64,000 nt of DNA from a virus. Location: positions 50,192 through 114,191 of the IMG/VR virus record IMGVR_UViG_3300044712_000083; one strand, given 5' to 3'. The position numbers and the translations under genes are program-made. The number at the start of each line of letters is the position of its first letter. The first letter of the stretch is position 1. Shown here piece by piece: positions 20,201 to 30,400 of this stretch. The notes under the pieces are model-generated. The model was not told where the DNA came from and made no database searches. It saw nothing but the letters and a program-made list of their open reading frames with translations.

Positions 20201-23200
20201 CTTTAGCTTCAATAGAAACCTCACCTCTACGCTCATTACCTTTCACTGTAGGAACAATGATTAAAGGAGTAGTTTCTAGCGAATCATCGGTAATTAATTG
20301 CGCATCTTGTGCAGAAGTTCTTGTTTGATAGTCAGGTTGATCTTTACCATTCTCATCTTTATATGTATTGTAAACAGGTACACCAAAAGATGCCTCAATG
20401 CTTTCAGGAATTAACTCATCACTAGCTAAGTATTCTTCACGATCTTGAGCATGTTGTTCTTTAATCTGCTTAATAAGATCTTCATCAGTTCCTTTTCGGA
20501 ACATAGATTCTCCACCATACTTCTCGCTCCATCTAAATTCTTCAGTAGGCATTACTTGATATACTGCCTCATCTAATACACGCTTTTCAAATACTTCATC
20601 TGTCTCACCTTCCTTACGTACAATACGCTCTCCGAACTCATTAATTACATGTAACTTTCCATCCTCATCCTCTTCTACAACTACCATAGGTAACATAGTC
20701 TTATGATCAACATCATTTGTAGCAAGATGTTGAGTTAATCCTGGGATACCTAAAGTAACTTGTGTTTTAAAGTTAACGATTACACCCTTAACTCTATTTC
20801 TAAGTTCTGTAGGAAAGTTTGAAAGACGTGCACCAAAACGAACTGATCTATCATATCCTTCAAACTGTTGAGAAGGAATTGTAGAAGAAGCAATATCAGC
20901 TGTGTCTTTCTTACTAGTTGTTTCTATAGTGTTATCTATAGGACCTACTGGAACGCTAGACTTATCTTCTGTACCAAGGATAGCTTTTTGTAAAGCTTTA
21001 TCTTTTCTTAACTTCTCCTCTTCAGCTAATTGTTCTTCGTATTCTTTAATTGTATTCTGAAATGAATCTAAGATTGTAGCCTTAGACATTTGTTGTGCAA
21101 TTAAGTTATCTAACTCAGAAGTTAATTCACCAACTTTAGCAATTAATGCATTAGTTTTAATTTGTAAGCTAGGAATCTTTAACTCATCAGCAAAGTCATT
21201 GATGTCAGATTCTAATTGTAATACAGCTTCTGTAAATCCTAGACGCTGTTCAATAAACAATTTAGCACCTTCTTCTCCTTGGAACTTTTCAATCTGTTCT
21301 TGTAAAGCTTCAATGTTCAAAGGCATACCAGGATTCTCTTCTCTAAGTCTCTTGATATAATCGCTTAATAAAGATAAAGCATCTGTCAATGCTTCTTGTG
21401 TAGCCTGTAATAAATCTTGATTGTATTTAATAGCATCGTTTGTATTGTCAATTAAGTCTTCTAATACATTGATGTCTTTCTTAACTTGCTCAAGAATGTC
21501 ACTAGCTTCTCCTTCCATAGTATCCATATTATCATATAGATTCTCAATGTAAGGAATAGCAGATTCTAATTCTGTTTTCTCAGCCTCAAGACTTGCAATC
21601 TCTTCTGTTAAATCATTTGCAAGTTTAGCTAGATTATTAATCGTAGTCTTTACTTTCTTAGTTAGCTTCTTACCACCATCTACTTCTGAATTAATTTTCT
21701 TTAATTCTTCTTCTGCAGTAGCTAAACGTTCTTTGTTCTTTGTAAGCTTCTCTGTAACCTCATCTAATCTTTCTTTTGTATTGTTGTAAAGATCAGTGAT
21801 CATCTTAGTTCTTAGGTAAGATGGATCTGTAGAAAGTGTATCTTCTGAAGATAAGTAATCCTCTAATGCTTGTTGCTCCTCAGCAGTTAACTTACCTATA
21901 GCTTGAAGCATTGCTTGTTTATAGCCTTTCTTAGCTTTAAACATAGACTGCTTAACTTCTCTTGTAACAGTTTTACCTTTAGCATTCTTATACTTGAATA
22001 CTAATGCATCTTTTACTGGATCATATTCTAATGTACCTTCAGTACCTTTTCCTTCCTCATCTTTAACTCCGTGGTGAAGATACTTCTTATTCCAGTTAGC
22101 TAAATAGAATTTAAGCTTGCTATTCTTAGCAGCATCAGCAGTATCACCTACATGTAACTTGTTGAAATAGTTAGCAGGAACATCTAACTCTGTACCATCA
22201 GATTCTTTAATACGATATGTACCATCCTCGTTCTTTCCAATTAAAGTGAACTTAGGAGATTTGTAAACGTCTTCACCTTTCTCATTCTGTGTAGCAGGAC
22301 GTGGAGAATAATACTCTTTACCAATCTGTAAGTTTAAATCACCATTCTTAGCTTTAACTTTGATAGTTTCGTTCTCACCAGCTTGTTCAGCTGCCTTACG
22401 CATTTCTTCTTGCAGCTTTTCTTTCATATCCATTACGACATACTTTAATGGATTATCAACGATATCGTTGTATTCTGCAATGAATTTACTTCTACGTAAT
22501 GCTAACTCCATCACGTCTACAGCAGACTGAGTTAGTTCTTTCTTATCATCATTATCTAATAATGGAAGCTCATCAATTTTTGCAAGTATTGCATCTCTTG
22601 TTTCATTTGCAATCTCACCAGTGGTGTTTGCTTCTTGAATTGCTGCACTAACATCAATTTCACCTAATGATGTTTCTAATTGAGGAATACGTCTGTTATA
22701 ATCAGTTACTTTAGCTTTAGCATAAGTTAACTTGTTGATGATAGATTTCGGATACAAAGGCTTCTTTGTTTCAGGATCTATCATTCCTTCATACTTCAAC
22801 TTAATACCTTCGTGAATCTTAGCTGTAGTATTAGCCTGCTCTTGAATAGCATCTAATCTAGCAATGAAAGATTCTTTATTATCAGTCTCAGCTGCTTTAC
22901 CAGATTTTTGTAAATCTTCAAAATCACTAATAGCTTGTTGTCTAAGTTCATTGATTTCTAAATCAATAGCTTCTTTAGCACCATACTCTAAACGTGCAGC
23001 AATAGAAGCATGTAAGTAATCAAATTCCTTATCTTTAGATTCTAGTTTATCATTTGCAACAATTGCATCTGCACGTTCTTTTTGAGCAGCTGCACCAATT
23101 TTAACAAAGTCATTTACTGCTTTTAACTTATCACCAATCATACTATCGTTCCAAGCTTTGATTGCTGACTCTCTTAATCTACCTTCTTCTCCACCATAAC

Positions 23201-24626
23201 CTGTAAACCCTCTTTGTTTTACAGTACCAACAACACTAGATAAACCTCCTGAGAATGCCCCTGTAAAAATATTTAGTAAACCCTCGTCTGTAGTTAATGC
23301 TTCTTCAATACCATAGTTTACACCATCCTTAATAATGTCTGCACCTTCTCCTTTGTATTTTTTACTAAAGTAATTTTGTGTAGCATTCTGAATAGCAAAC
23401 TGTGCACCTTCCTCAAATCCTTCTGATTTACTAAAAAGTAATCCACCTACTTTAGCTCCTTGATATAATAACTTTTTAAATCCTGATTGAGGCAATGCGC
23501 TAACATACTTACCTTCTCTCAGCATAGTATTAAGTACCTTTGTTTCACCTTTGAATGTAGATGAAAATACTTTAGGTAACATGATGTGGTTAGTAACTGT
23601 CAACAACGCAGTGTTTGCTAACCAGCTGTAGTTACCTACACGCTCAGCATAGTCATTAATCTCAGCCAATGCATCATCATCTGGAGCATAACCATGTTTT
23701 TGTTTATACTCAGCAATCATCTTCTCTCTAAACTCTTGAGAGTTATTCAACGCTTCAAAACCTGCCTCAGATGCAGTAGCAGTTGTAGCTACAATTGATT
23801 TATTAACTACTGCAGGATCTTTAAGTTTACCTCCTACAGATGCTTTTGCTCTTGCTAAAATTTCTTCAAGTCTAGATGTAGTGTTTGCAATAGACGCAGA
23901 TTCTCCTGCTACAACTCCTTCACCAATTACAGCATCTGCTTCAGCTGCCCACTTAGCACCAAATCCAGAAATTTTAGATGTGACACCTAAAGCTTTTAAT
24001 GCACCACCCCAAACAAAACCAGCACCAATAGAACCTACTGTATATCCTAAGTTCTTTACAATGTTATCAAAGAAGAAGTTACCTGTAAATAAGTTAGCAG
24101 GTTCCCACCAATTACCTTTTTTCTCACGTTCTGTTTTGTAATGAGCGTAATTGTTTTCTAATTGTTGTGTATACTCATTAAGACTTTCAGATAAATCATT
24201 CTTCCAAAATGAAGTAGCATCTTGATCACCAATAGCTTTGGTAATACCATATACTGTTCCTACAGTACCATTAATGAATGCACTTGATGCAATACCTGCG
24301 AATTTAGCAACACCATTGATTGCTTTATCACCAAGAGATTGTTGCTGCGCATACATCTCTTCGTTATCTCTACCAGCATAAAATTTTGGATAACGTCCTG
24401 AAAAATCAATCTCACTTCCAGGAATAGAAGGCAAGTCATTTCCTTTACTTGTGGTTTGTAATGCTAAGTTGTTAAACATTTCCACCTGATTAAGAGGACC
24501 AGCACTTGCTCTAGGAGCAGATGCGCCACGTATTCTTGGTAGGTTCGCTGTTTCATCTGGAAAAACTACACCTAGATTCTCAGTAGGTTTGAATCCTTTG
24601 AATTCTTCTGGAAGTTGATCTGCCAT
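11280..24626 (-). CDS. Giant virion-associated RNA polymerase (crAss-like two-barrel RNAP) with a zincin-like region and a C-terminal NADAR domain
   Basis: FRIPTQ...GSDFDIDKL catalytic motif (DFDID at about 14403-14417), DETDGGG, and YVDIAK. HEAFE zincin-like motif near 18530. C-terminal LSNF...VEGALQASK...LLETG...MEVRDEL. Confidence 0.9.
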   Translation of the reverse strand: MADQLPEEFKGFKPTENLGVVFPDETANLPRIRGASAPRASAGPLNQVEMFNNLALQTTSKGNDLPSIPGSEIDFSGRYPKFYAGRDNEEMYAQQQSLGDKAINGVAKFAGIASSAFINGTVGTVYGITKAIGDQDATSFWKNDLSESLNEYTQQLENNYAHYKTEREKKGNWWEPANLFTGNFFFDNIVKNLGYTVGSIGAGFVWGGALKALGVTSKISGFGAKWAAEADAVIGEGVVAGESASIANTTSRLEEILARAKASVGGKLKDPAVVNKSIVATTATASEAGFEALNNSQEFREKMIAEYKQKHGYAPDDDALAEINDYAERVGNYSWLANTALLTVTNHIMLPKVFSSTFKGETKVLNTMLREGKYVSALPQSGFKKLLYQGAKVGGLLFSKSEGFEEGAQFAIQNATQNYFSKKYKGEGADIIKDGVNYGIEEALTTDEGLLNIFTGAFSGGLSSVVGTVKQRGFTGYGGEEGRLRESAIKAWNDSMIGDKLKAVNDFVKIGAAAQKERADAIVANDKLESKDKEFDYLHASIAARLEYGAKEAIDLEINELRQQAISDFEDLQKSGKAAETDNKESFIARLDAIQEQANTTAKIHEGIKLKYEGMIDPETKKPLYPKSIINKLTYAKAKVTDYNRRIPQLETSLGEIDVSAAIQEANTTGEIANETRDAILAKIDELPLLDNDDKKELTQSAVDVMELALRRSKFIAEYNDIVDNPLKYVVMDMKEKLQEEMRKAAEQAGENETIKVKAKNGDLNLQIGKEYYSPRPATQNEKGEDVYKSPKFTLIGKNEDGTYRIKESDGTELDVPANYFNKLHVGDTADAAKNSKLKFYLANWNKKYLHHGVKDEEGKGTEGTLEYDPVKDALVFKYKNAKGKTVTREVKQSMFKAKKGYKQAMLQAIGKLTAEEQQALEDYLSSEDTLSTDPSYLRTKMITDLYNNTKERLDEVTEKLTKNKERLATAEEELKKINSEVDGGKKLTKKVKTTINNLAKLANDLTEEIASLEAEKTELESAIPYIENLYDNMDTMEGEASDILEQVKKDINVLEDLIDNTNDAIKYNQDLLQATQEALTDALSLLSDYIKRLREENPGMPLNIEALQEQIEKFQGEEGAKLFIEQRLGFTEAVLQLESDINDFADELKIPSLQIKTNALIAKVGELTSELDNLIAQQMSKATILDSFQNTIKEYEEQLAEEEKLRKDKALQKAILGTEDKSSVPVGPIDNTIETTSKKDTADIASSTIPSQQFEGYDRSVRFGARLSNFPTELRNRVKGVIVNFKTQVTLGIPGLTQHLATNDVDHKTMLPMVVVEEDEDGKLHVINEFGERIVRKEGETDEVFEKRVLDEAVYQVMPTEEFRWSEKYGGESMFRKGTDEDLIKQIKEQHAQDREEYLASDELIPESIEASFGVPVYNTYKDENGKDQPDYQTRTSAQDAQLITDDSLETTPLIIVPTVKGNERRGEVSIEAKVGMPLLALRNGLAKLVNRNFNKKEAEVIYEMILRLSNNIFKDGNAISSDSPEIIEWLKTVVYWGTPKDSEGNKKDPGFSSIFFEYANDEEDSLLLSMSGKGLKIPFTPTELERRKEGIIAIIQGMYGNVNSTQATKNWDAPYYQITGVNEEGELTKVRWENYQSFLLSNKNPDGSARATEDIPLATRLKPIEAATDINRDSIYFTINGKREYYRSKVETAEKKAEKKATASNRKAMASKKLTPASKANKPKKTTSEPKPTKTNGKDLNTTQLESHPYLGEIEYTAVKEGDGYAVDVKINDEMRSVASDPEHQEAVNKLFAIAKIAYPADAPLDFETAKDLEPEELFKIATQLIISAQLMQNKTTPQEVAEEEVVEEEEVTEEETTDAIADIERRREKNLEDTGDPFDFVPKEPRADGRFSAFYQTTKESDIFDTYEEAVDWINSKYDEELAALETAEEETTSEEPTAEQLLKQERRKSRRNNSKYRLAKLLESINHYEGENWEKVAAFMKANFPTIPLYRVKNLIQGANGVRAFGMLKDSAIYLAENAEVGSIYHEAFEAVMDMFTTPAERSALRAEFRARTGTFVDRETGRTIEYSKASNDEIREQMAEEARDYFQYGKRPVAANKEKSAIAQFFADLWQFIKELFVGPQAKSNLEKIFQQMGSGYYAQSSANESALSFANKGIIDIEDAFGDNASKYRVAGLTSAQLNDILQNMTFEAVISILERPDTNFFEFNNVNKDILYDELKDITLELFETNIELLKELRNSKKIEEDVYTKLVTNQNNLLSVVNQQWDNIFSELDSYLKKFGIEFDENDNVILNDENNSGRGDYQQADKIDSLKKANAAVKLLISSLPQVDPVTGEFVETALGGVRLIPTAQAYVTIQNAVVGARNVEEMIDNLTDLAKRDKNYERVVNRLTHNGDLSDLATEGDVNLVNAFWRLFKKQNPDVKNVYILANGDIQVGDSNFSTAARQVKKDFLAGLTNRARTGSLYIQKSGVNYVGKKGSLSKVDLKKTAGQIAFLNNLGIKGFTRSEVDRLNVQDRKNFDDAVKGIYESISKGSKIISNQGKTLDIDGRLNTLSELKAKIDNPEFSSTYYNINGEKTQTFIGPNAASELFDVLSKIDNLEELRDTRYSYILTDDFARNSVLIKSMFTSKGFRKENSERYFKPGVADGMNNAVTNKKKPSSKLNFKERTILEMNLNEAGYFLSLVPGDASMEWMNYMGKHVTAKDPEEVLNIFKGYFMDELSLSRDTNRTFVQNKQETRSKKDLRFFKAILADDAAKTETERNALHDKIVNAEGSIEKVYEKYEKEINKAIVNFITKDANAFTENVLKQYEIVTESTKDENSYKVEDLPFITKSTISKEQFNKIMYAQTANYMIANIELHKLLYSDPYQYADELKRIKNFNSPGQKIMAGSPKMNKAMERVYNEGFEKGGIGYSNFIRDHFRTITLADVKAIHDLKGYMGKAYDETDGGGMITFPAHRKFRIRAGEWNSAEERQYRYDIAWEKRDKKQKLSPQEEELLAKGNPGVKSAYTPLKPISRGNKDNGKDYNDIMLDKFALFPLSYRILHELSEKDEAGNLVNSTNALKLYDKMIAEDIDYAVYASGRKVGAEQVNDLYDKSGAMNTAKFKGIVNVPFGIIDIQSEVPSKSEDIVTRGSQATKLITMDFMAGGVPVDYMPGKEFEERFIAWSQETNKETASKLYKEIKNNQALLEAITETGYQTLLKKLGLTKTKDGYVVSNIDKVIDLLTSSIASRDVNDNVISALEGMRAGQVIMEATPAYDQLRNILYSIADSTVISPKITGGQKVQMSSRLLETVNAKKDPVKGKAYISEVLKFYVDDDGQRVCEIMVGRWFKSDKTDEELMNYFNNTEEGKAQLAAITGIAFRIPTQKQNSIDAFRIAKFLPAEFGDSVIVPGPLVQKAGSDFDIDKLSIYFKNLRTGKNGYPEVIPFYGIGKEARAKFAEMYDSMNKDEASLYDELFEEAQKESFIEGDLKAAITAVEKREAVIDSLYKKSLQNAYIQSSENLVTSPENFEQLTKPNSADQLKGLATEINGLLGIQEIDYSSPGNMLSREFMSKLRHAFVTGKYAIGIAAVNQTNHANNQRMFMFLDRPKIENMSEEDQMWLGDGVINFEMKNEVDHPTLGKVVTLSMIKNKAKEYISDILGQFIDGYVDIAKGPWIMELGATPNVASTWMFLVKAGVPIRDVAMFMNQPIIRDFLRKLESQGYSWLFNDGVLEDTLNDYSSTMSEKSTKIPDADTLAGLVGKKVSKLTSSEKAEQRYMLKEFLKYARMANHLYQVTQGSNFDTATINDPFIVFKKQMQLDKAQGTMFSSLNSEGTVVPGVDMLMEESFIKNLYDYIKEIRDGLAKFLISDSGNIRPLMHRVLEPYVDMSDRDFTKVAQMAVKSLFDWAVQVDGNMAAFIPELLISDKENFANKMMNFVNEVKANPTHDLYNNQVINSLRMTSIDQDGSNVYNIQIINKDNKVYDQNQIIYAFEEIKNYLKGRENEDLYKNLVNVAVLQSGLTSSPISFTSLLPYEDFTDIYNAALSKIDKMTNLDDFYTMNAFQRNNWNNSDVVPTKRGKYKVSEATGRKFNPDLILPKSVKQAVAFKNLPMIIKISAFSKESNSDVITYTWEDPKLTSKQKFAMRAKGDYSFIYKGLFQRVKDADGKPYMRTNIGSDGKTYKSYIYKMINALGDGFRANEYYDTNRASVIDNGYIKVVNAQNSKGQRISKSEVTDENVLYYFDKSLGTPVQNEQTEDVEKINVMFTSGEYKDLSNFAFKRFRTLIAGKYKVFLTVEGALQASKLLYTNSYLKTRKLTADQQKTLDSLVKANGYNAKKIGEGIKDLNTKQWDGAYNKVMKKLMTESFTQNPDKLEKLLETGNMEITHKLGGVEQDKGRFSKIIMEVRDELRGDQGDAVVENPTAEETVLLRGKPWNKADVTAENLLAAGFSIKEIGKILNDLIC

Positions 24627-27328
24627 TATCTATTCTTTTTTTGCATTAATAAATCAAGTTGCGATGGACTAATTCCATGCGAAGCATTTTGTAATACTGG
24701 ATTTAATTGTCCATCAGGTAAATACTTAGGAAGTCCTTGTGGATAATCAATAGGATCAGGATATAAAACTTTTTTACCATTTGATCCTGGAACATTATAT
24801 AATTCAAACCAAACAGATGCTGGATTTGCTTTATCACTAATTAAATTACCAGATACTCTACTATATTTTGTTCCTTTTAAATGAATAAACTTATCTGAAT
24901 TAAACCAAGGTACACCTGGTGCTTTTGCAGTTGTACCATCTTCATTTAATTTTAAAATTACTTCTGGAGTAGGAGTTAAGTCATATGCTGGATTACCAGT
25001 CATAAATGTATAATCTTCAGCATCAACTATTACACTAGCTCTACCTTTACTAGAAGTAGTAACCATTTTATATTTTGCTTTACCATCTATGTCAGAAATT
25101 TCAAATATGGTTTTAGCACCTGGTGCATTAGCTACAGTGTTGTATTGATCAGGATTAAATGAAGAATCCTCATTTAAACCTGAACTATATTTTTCAAGAA
25201 CTGTTGCTCTATTTTGTGCAATTGTAGCTGCATTATCTGTACCCTCTTTAACAGGTTCAATATATGGAGCTTTCATATATCCTGCAGCAGCATACAATTT
25301 ACCAACTGCTTGAGCAATTTTTGTATTAATAGAACTAGCTAACAAGTTACCTGCTTTTGTTACTTCAGGATGAGTTACAATTGAACTTGCTAAACCAAAT
25401 AAACCTTCTCTTTCACGAACTAATGCATCTTTGATTATATCATAACGCTCTCCATACTTTGCTTTTAGTTTTCTTTCAGCTAATGCAGCGTTTGCTTTTT
25501 GAGAAGCATCAACTGTAAATCCTCCAAAAACATTAAATTGCTTTGGAACTAGTTTAGCAAATTCTACAATATCTTGTTTAGGAATTAAAGCGTTCATTCC
25601 TCCTGGAAGAGCCACTTTAACATCATTCACCTTACTTAAAACATCTGTGTATTCAGATACATCTTCTCCTTCAGCTGCAACAATTGCTTTAGCTTTCTCT
25701 AAAGTCTTTTTAATTCTAGCTCCTTTTGCAGAAACAGAATCATTTGTTTTAATGAAGTCTCTAATCAATCCATGATAGTCACCATCTACACTAGCAGGAT
25801 TTTCAGTAAATTGACTAACTAATCTACCAGCAAATCTATCGATCATTGCTTCATAACTTTTATCATCCCCACCTGACCATTTTTCAATAGACTTAAGTAC
25901 TTCCTCGTCACTTAGATTAGGCTTATTTCTTTTAACCCATTGAATAGCTAATTGTCTAGCAGTAGCAGCTTGTTTTTCTACATCTGCTTGATAACCCGCT
26001 TCGTAATCATTTTTAATTGCTTCAGGATCACTAGTATCTAATGGTCCTTTTACTTTCTTCTCATTTACACCAACTTTTTCAGGAAACTGACCATACTTAC
26101 CTTTATACTCAAATCTCCATTTTTGAAAATCAGCTTCTTTATCAGCAGCGTGTTCTTTTCTTAAAGTATTAAATTCACTACGTTGTCTAGCTTCTGTCTG
26201 CAATTGTAAAGCAAACTTTCTATCCATGTCCATTACTTGATACCAAGGATTAATCTTGTATTCAGTAATGTCAGAAACTTCTTTCATCTGAGCAGCTGTG
26301 CCTTGTAAGAAGTTTGTACTATATAGATTAGCTCTTATTGCATCTGCATTCTTAGCAACATAATCAAGATTAGTAACTTCACTGCGTTGTTTCTCAATTG
26401 CAGAAAGTGCACTTACAGCATCTTCTTTAGCTGCTTGTAATACTTGTAGTTTTTCTGGATCATATTCAGAGTTACTAGCAAAGTCAATTGCCATATCAAG
26501 ACGTGCAATCTCTGTTTCTAATTTACCAATGTGTTCAGTAAAAGTAAGATTAGTTGTAGCAGCTAATTGTTCAGGAGTTAAGTCCTTGTTCTCATACATA
26601 CCTGTAATAGCAAGTTGTTGCTTTATTTCAGGTGTAAGAGAATTCTTAAACGCAAGTAATAACTTCTCTGCTGTCTTTCCTTTGAGGTGACGCTCAGCCA
26701 TTACCTTATTAATCTTAGGTGATAATTGTCCTTGAGCATTACGCTCCATTACAACTTTACCATTGACTGTTTCAAACAATTCAGGAACAACTGCCTCATC
26801 AATACCTGTGTCCTTTGCAACTTTTCTAAAGTGCTCCATCACATCTACATAAGGAATGTACTTACCATTGAATTGATCGCCAAGCTCTCCATTCATGTAA
26901 GTTTGCAATTGCTTATCGTAGAAGTCTTTATTCTCAGGCTTTAACAATCCCTTCTTCTCAGCCTCTGCCATCTTCTGATTATTCTTTTTGATTTGAGCAG
27001 CAGAATAAACAGCAGATTGAACGTAAGGATCTTTAATGATTTGAGAAGCCATACCACCAACAGATGATACTAATTGTTGATTAGAGAAGTCTCCAGCAGC
27101 GACTGCTGTAAGATTATCTCCCAAAGCATTGAGTTTAGATTCAATATATGCTTTATCCTGAGGTCTAGGAGCATCTAAGCCAGCTACATTATCAATGTAG
27201 TTTTGAATTTTCTCAACACCTTGATCATACTGTTTTTGCTTATACGCACCAACTTTCATCATCAACTCCACTGGGAGCTGTTGAACGTAGGGTTTGAATT
27301 GCGTTATTGCGTCTTTATATGAAGCCAT
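24626..27328 (-). CDS. Cargo/ejection protein
   Basis: Helical 900-aa protein (FKPYVQQLPVELMMKV...KQYD N-terminus) directly upstream of the RNAP gene and coupled to it by TAATG. Confidence 0.65.
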   Translation of the reverse strand: MASYKDAITQFKPYVQQLPVELMMKVGAYKQKQYDQGVEKIQNYIDNVAGLDAPRPQDKAYIESKLNALGDNLTAVAAGDFSNQQLVSSVGGMASQIIKDPYVQSAVYSAAQIKKNNQKMAEAEKKGLLKPENKDFYDKQLQTYMNGELGDQFNGKYIPYVDVMEHFRKVAKDTGIDEAVVPELFETVNGKVVMERNAQGQLSPKINKVMAERHLKGKTAEKLLLAFKNSLTPEIKQQLAITGMYENKDLTPEQLAATTNLTFTEHIGKLETEIARLDMAIDFASNSEYDPEKLQVLQAAKEDAVSALSAIEKQRSEVTNLDYVAKNADAIRANLYSTNFLQGTAAQMKEVSDITEYKINPWYQVMDMDRKFALQLQTEARQRSEFNTLRKEHAADKEADFQKWRFEYKGKYGQFPEKVGVNEKKVKGPLDTSDPEAIKNDYEAGYQADVEKQAATARQLAIQWVKRNKPNLSDEEVLKSIEKWSGGDDKSYEAMIDRFAGRLVSQFTENPASVDGDYHGLIRDFIKTNDSVSAKGARIKKTLEKAKAIVAAEGEDVSEYTDVLSKVNDVKVALPGGMNALIPKQDIVEFAKLVPKQFNVFGGFTVDASQKANAALAERKLKAKYGERYDIIKDALVREREGLFGLASSIVTHPEVTKAGNLLASSINTKIAQAVGKLYAAAGYMKAPYIEPVKEGTDNAATIAQNRATVLEKYSSGLNEDSSFNPDQYNTVANAPGAKTIFEISDIDGKAKYKMVTTSSKGRASVIVDAEDYTFMTGNPAYDLTPTPEVILKLNEDGTTAKAPGVPWFNSDKFIHLKGTKYSRVSGNLISDKANPASVWFELYNVPGSNGKKVLYPDPIDYPQGLPKYLPDGQLNPVLQNASHGISPSQLDLLMQKKNR

Positions 27329-27344
27329 AAGAGAGTATAATTAA

Positions 27345-27375
27345 CAAATATAATTTAAAATATTATATATACAAG
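27345..27375 (-). promoter_or_regulatory. Bacteroidota-type promoter for the cargo/RNAP genes
   Basis: CTTG-N19-TATATTTG. Confidence 0.7.
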
Positions 27376-27416
27376 GGCTAGTAACAAAAGTTGTTAATCT
27401 TGTATAATCAACTTGG

Positions 27417-30400
27417 TTATAGGTTTTTAATTGCTCTAGCTAGATTACCACCATTTCTTGTAAGTACATCTTCTGTATCATCATCACTACTAGCTTTAGT
27501 CTTTTTAATTGTGTAACCTTTAATGTTTCCATATGGATCGTATTGAGGAAGTAATGTATTACCGCTCTCATCATCAATTACTCCCATACCTCTAGACTTA
27601 CTTGAACCTCCTCCAGACATATTGAAAAAAGTATTATACAATGGATTTTTGTAAGCTTGTCCGCCAGGAGTGTAGTTAAATGCTGGGAACGTAGCACGTG
27701 CAACATTAAATTGCATTTGCTCATTTCTAGCTTTAGCAATCTTCTCGCCAATAGATTCCAATGCAGCTTGAGTTTGTTTAATTGTATTTTGCTTAGCTCC
27801 AACCATCTTATCAGCTTGGTCAGCATACAATTGAATGTTAGCCATTTTAGCTTGATTCAATGCATCTGTATTAGCTTTCATTACATTAAATCTCTGTTCT
27901 TGATTTGCTAGTAAAGCTTTTGATCTAATTTGATTCTTAGCATTGTAAGCTTGAGCAGCTGCATTTGCAGCAAGTTCAGGATTATTTTGCATTAATCTAT
28001 ATGCAGCATTTGCTTCAGAAGTAACTTGATTTATCTGATCATCCATTCCGATAGAATACGGAGCAATCAATTCAGGAGTGTATGATTGTGCAAACACTGG
28101 CTCTTGCTGATTGTTAGCTAATGCAAAACGCTCTCCTAGTAATTGATTAGCATCTAATTTATATTGATCAGAACCTTGAACAAAAGGAACAAGTGAATTA
28201 AGTGCAGATCCAAATATATTAAGTAATGAGTTATCTTTTGGAGTAGCGGCATTCTTTTTTGCTTTACGTAACTTCTCTTCTGCCTCAGATACCCCTGGAG
28301 TGAATACTCTAGATTCAGCAGGCATCCAGTTTGGTACATTAGGAGCATATTCTTTTGGTTCTTCTCCTTTAGGAATTGGTTGTACAGCTGTATCAATACT
28401 AGTATTCCTAGGCTCAACTGTGTCATATATCTTTTTTGTTACAGCTTTACCAAGTGCATTTGTTGCTGGTCCAAATCTACCATCTACAACACCCTTCTTT
28501 GTAACTTTCTTCATTCCTGTAATTCTCTTAACCTCATCTGCACCAAGTGCTTCAAGAGCTGCTTTTTGGAATTTACCAATAGCCATCGCATCTTTAGTCT
28601 TTACAGCTGTTTGATACAATGCAGCAAGATCACCAAGAGTTTTCATATTCAAGCCATCTTTACCAAGAGCTAAACCATGTCTACCATAGATGTCTGATTC
28701 TTTCAATGGTGTAATCTTACCCTTAGCAAGATCTGCAGCTTTGTAACCAAACTCTTGAGCAGTATCTTTAATTGCATTCTGTAAAATAGCATATTCTTGA
28801 TTCTGTTGACCAAGTTGACCTAGTTTCATCTTAGCACCATCCTCAATAGCCTTAGCTGTATTTAATCTAATCTTATCTATAGTAGTATAAGTCTTTGTTT
28901 TATTAGCTAAGTCTGCAGCTTTTTGTAAAAGTTTAGTTTGTTTTTGTTCTTTCATAGCAATGTCTTTAACATCTTTTTTAAACTGTCTATTAGTTATAGG
29001 ATTAACCATTGCTCCAACTACAATCTTATCACCAGAATTTCCGCCATTTTGCATACTCATTACAGGCTCATTAGTTTCAATCTCTGCTTGTGCATCATCT
29101 ATTGTACCACCTTGCTCATACCCTACACCAATTCCTGTTTGTCCTGTACGAGAATCTCTCTTATCATGAGAGTTTCCTACAGCAAGATCTATTGTTGTAC
29201 CTGTAACAGGGTTGTATGATAATGGTTCAAATCCTCCACCCCACAATGCATGTAGTTCACCATCAGAAGTTGAGCCTTGCATTTGTCCACCATATTGCAT
29301 TTGATATGGTAAGTCACGTCCTGTGTACATAGCTCTTTCACTAGGTGGAGTGTATTCTTTTAAATGTCCACCTGCGCGTAACATATCAGCATCAGCTGGA
29401 GGTGCAAACAATTGATCGACATCATAATCACCAAACTTAGCAATTACTTGTGGATTGTATTCTGGATTCATATATCCTCCCTCTTCTAAAGTCATTCCAT
29501 TTTTAGCAAATGACTTATATTTACTTTGCAACAAGTCTTGTGTAGAAGCTGTACCCACTAATCCTATTCCTTTGTTTCTTTTCTTCTCTGCTTCTTCCAT
29601 GGCATTCTGACCAATTATTCCACCAATAAATCCTCCAGCGGCTGAACCTATTGCTGAACCAGCAGGACCAAAATATGCACCAGCTAGTCCACCAATAGCA
29701 GATCCTGTATCAGCTGCTGTATTAGTTTTAAACTTTCCTCCACTAAATGCAGATCCTGCAGATCCTCCTATTGCACCAAATGTTGGAGCAAATTTAGCAT
29801 AGTCTATAGTTCCTCCAGTTTGGAATTGTTTAATGTTACTGTCACCTAATGGTTCAAATCCAAGATCAGAATACAAGTCACCAGGATTGTACATGTTCTG
29901 AATCTCTGTAGGATTACCACCAATCTCAGATCCATTTCTAGATAAGTAAGTGAAGTTAGGATCTCCTAAAGGTTTGTACATTTGTCCTGGAGTAGTTCTT
30001 GAATCTTCAGGACGCATAATTCTTTGCGGATATTGTTCAACTGGTTTGATGCCTTTTTCAAGATCAGCTATCTTAGCAAGAGCATCCATTTTTCTAAGTT
30101 GATCTCTTTCTTCAGATAATGCTTGAAGACCTCCTACAATACTATTAGCAGAACTTAATGCTGTTTTAATAAACTTTTCATTACGTTCTTTCTTAGCTTT
30201 TTTTGCAGCAGCATAAGAATCTTCAACCGAAATACCTTTATCAATAGATTTATCCATTGCATCCGTAGTAGATTGAATATTCACAGGAGCTTGAGCTTTT
30301 TTTATAACAGCACTATACTGAGCCTTCTGTAATTTTTTACCATGCTTCTCCATGAAAGCCTCCTCTGTAGGATACTTCTTGTAGAATTCAGCTTCTGTTT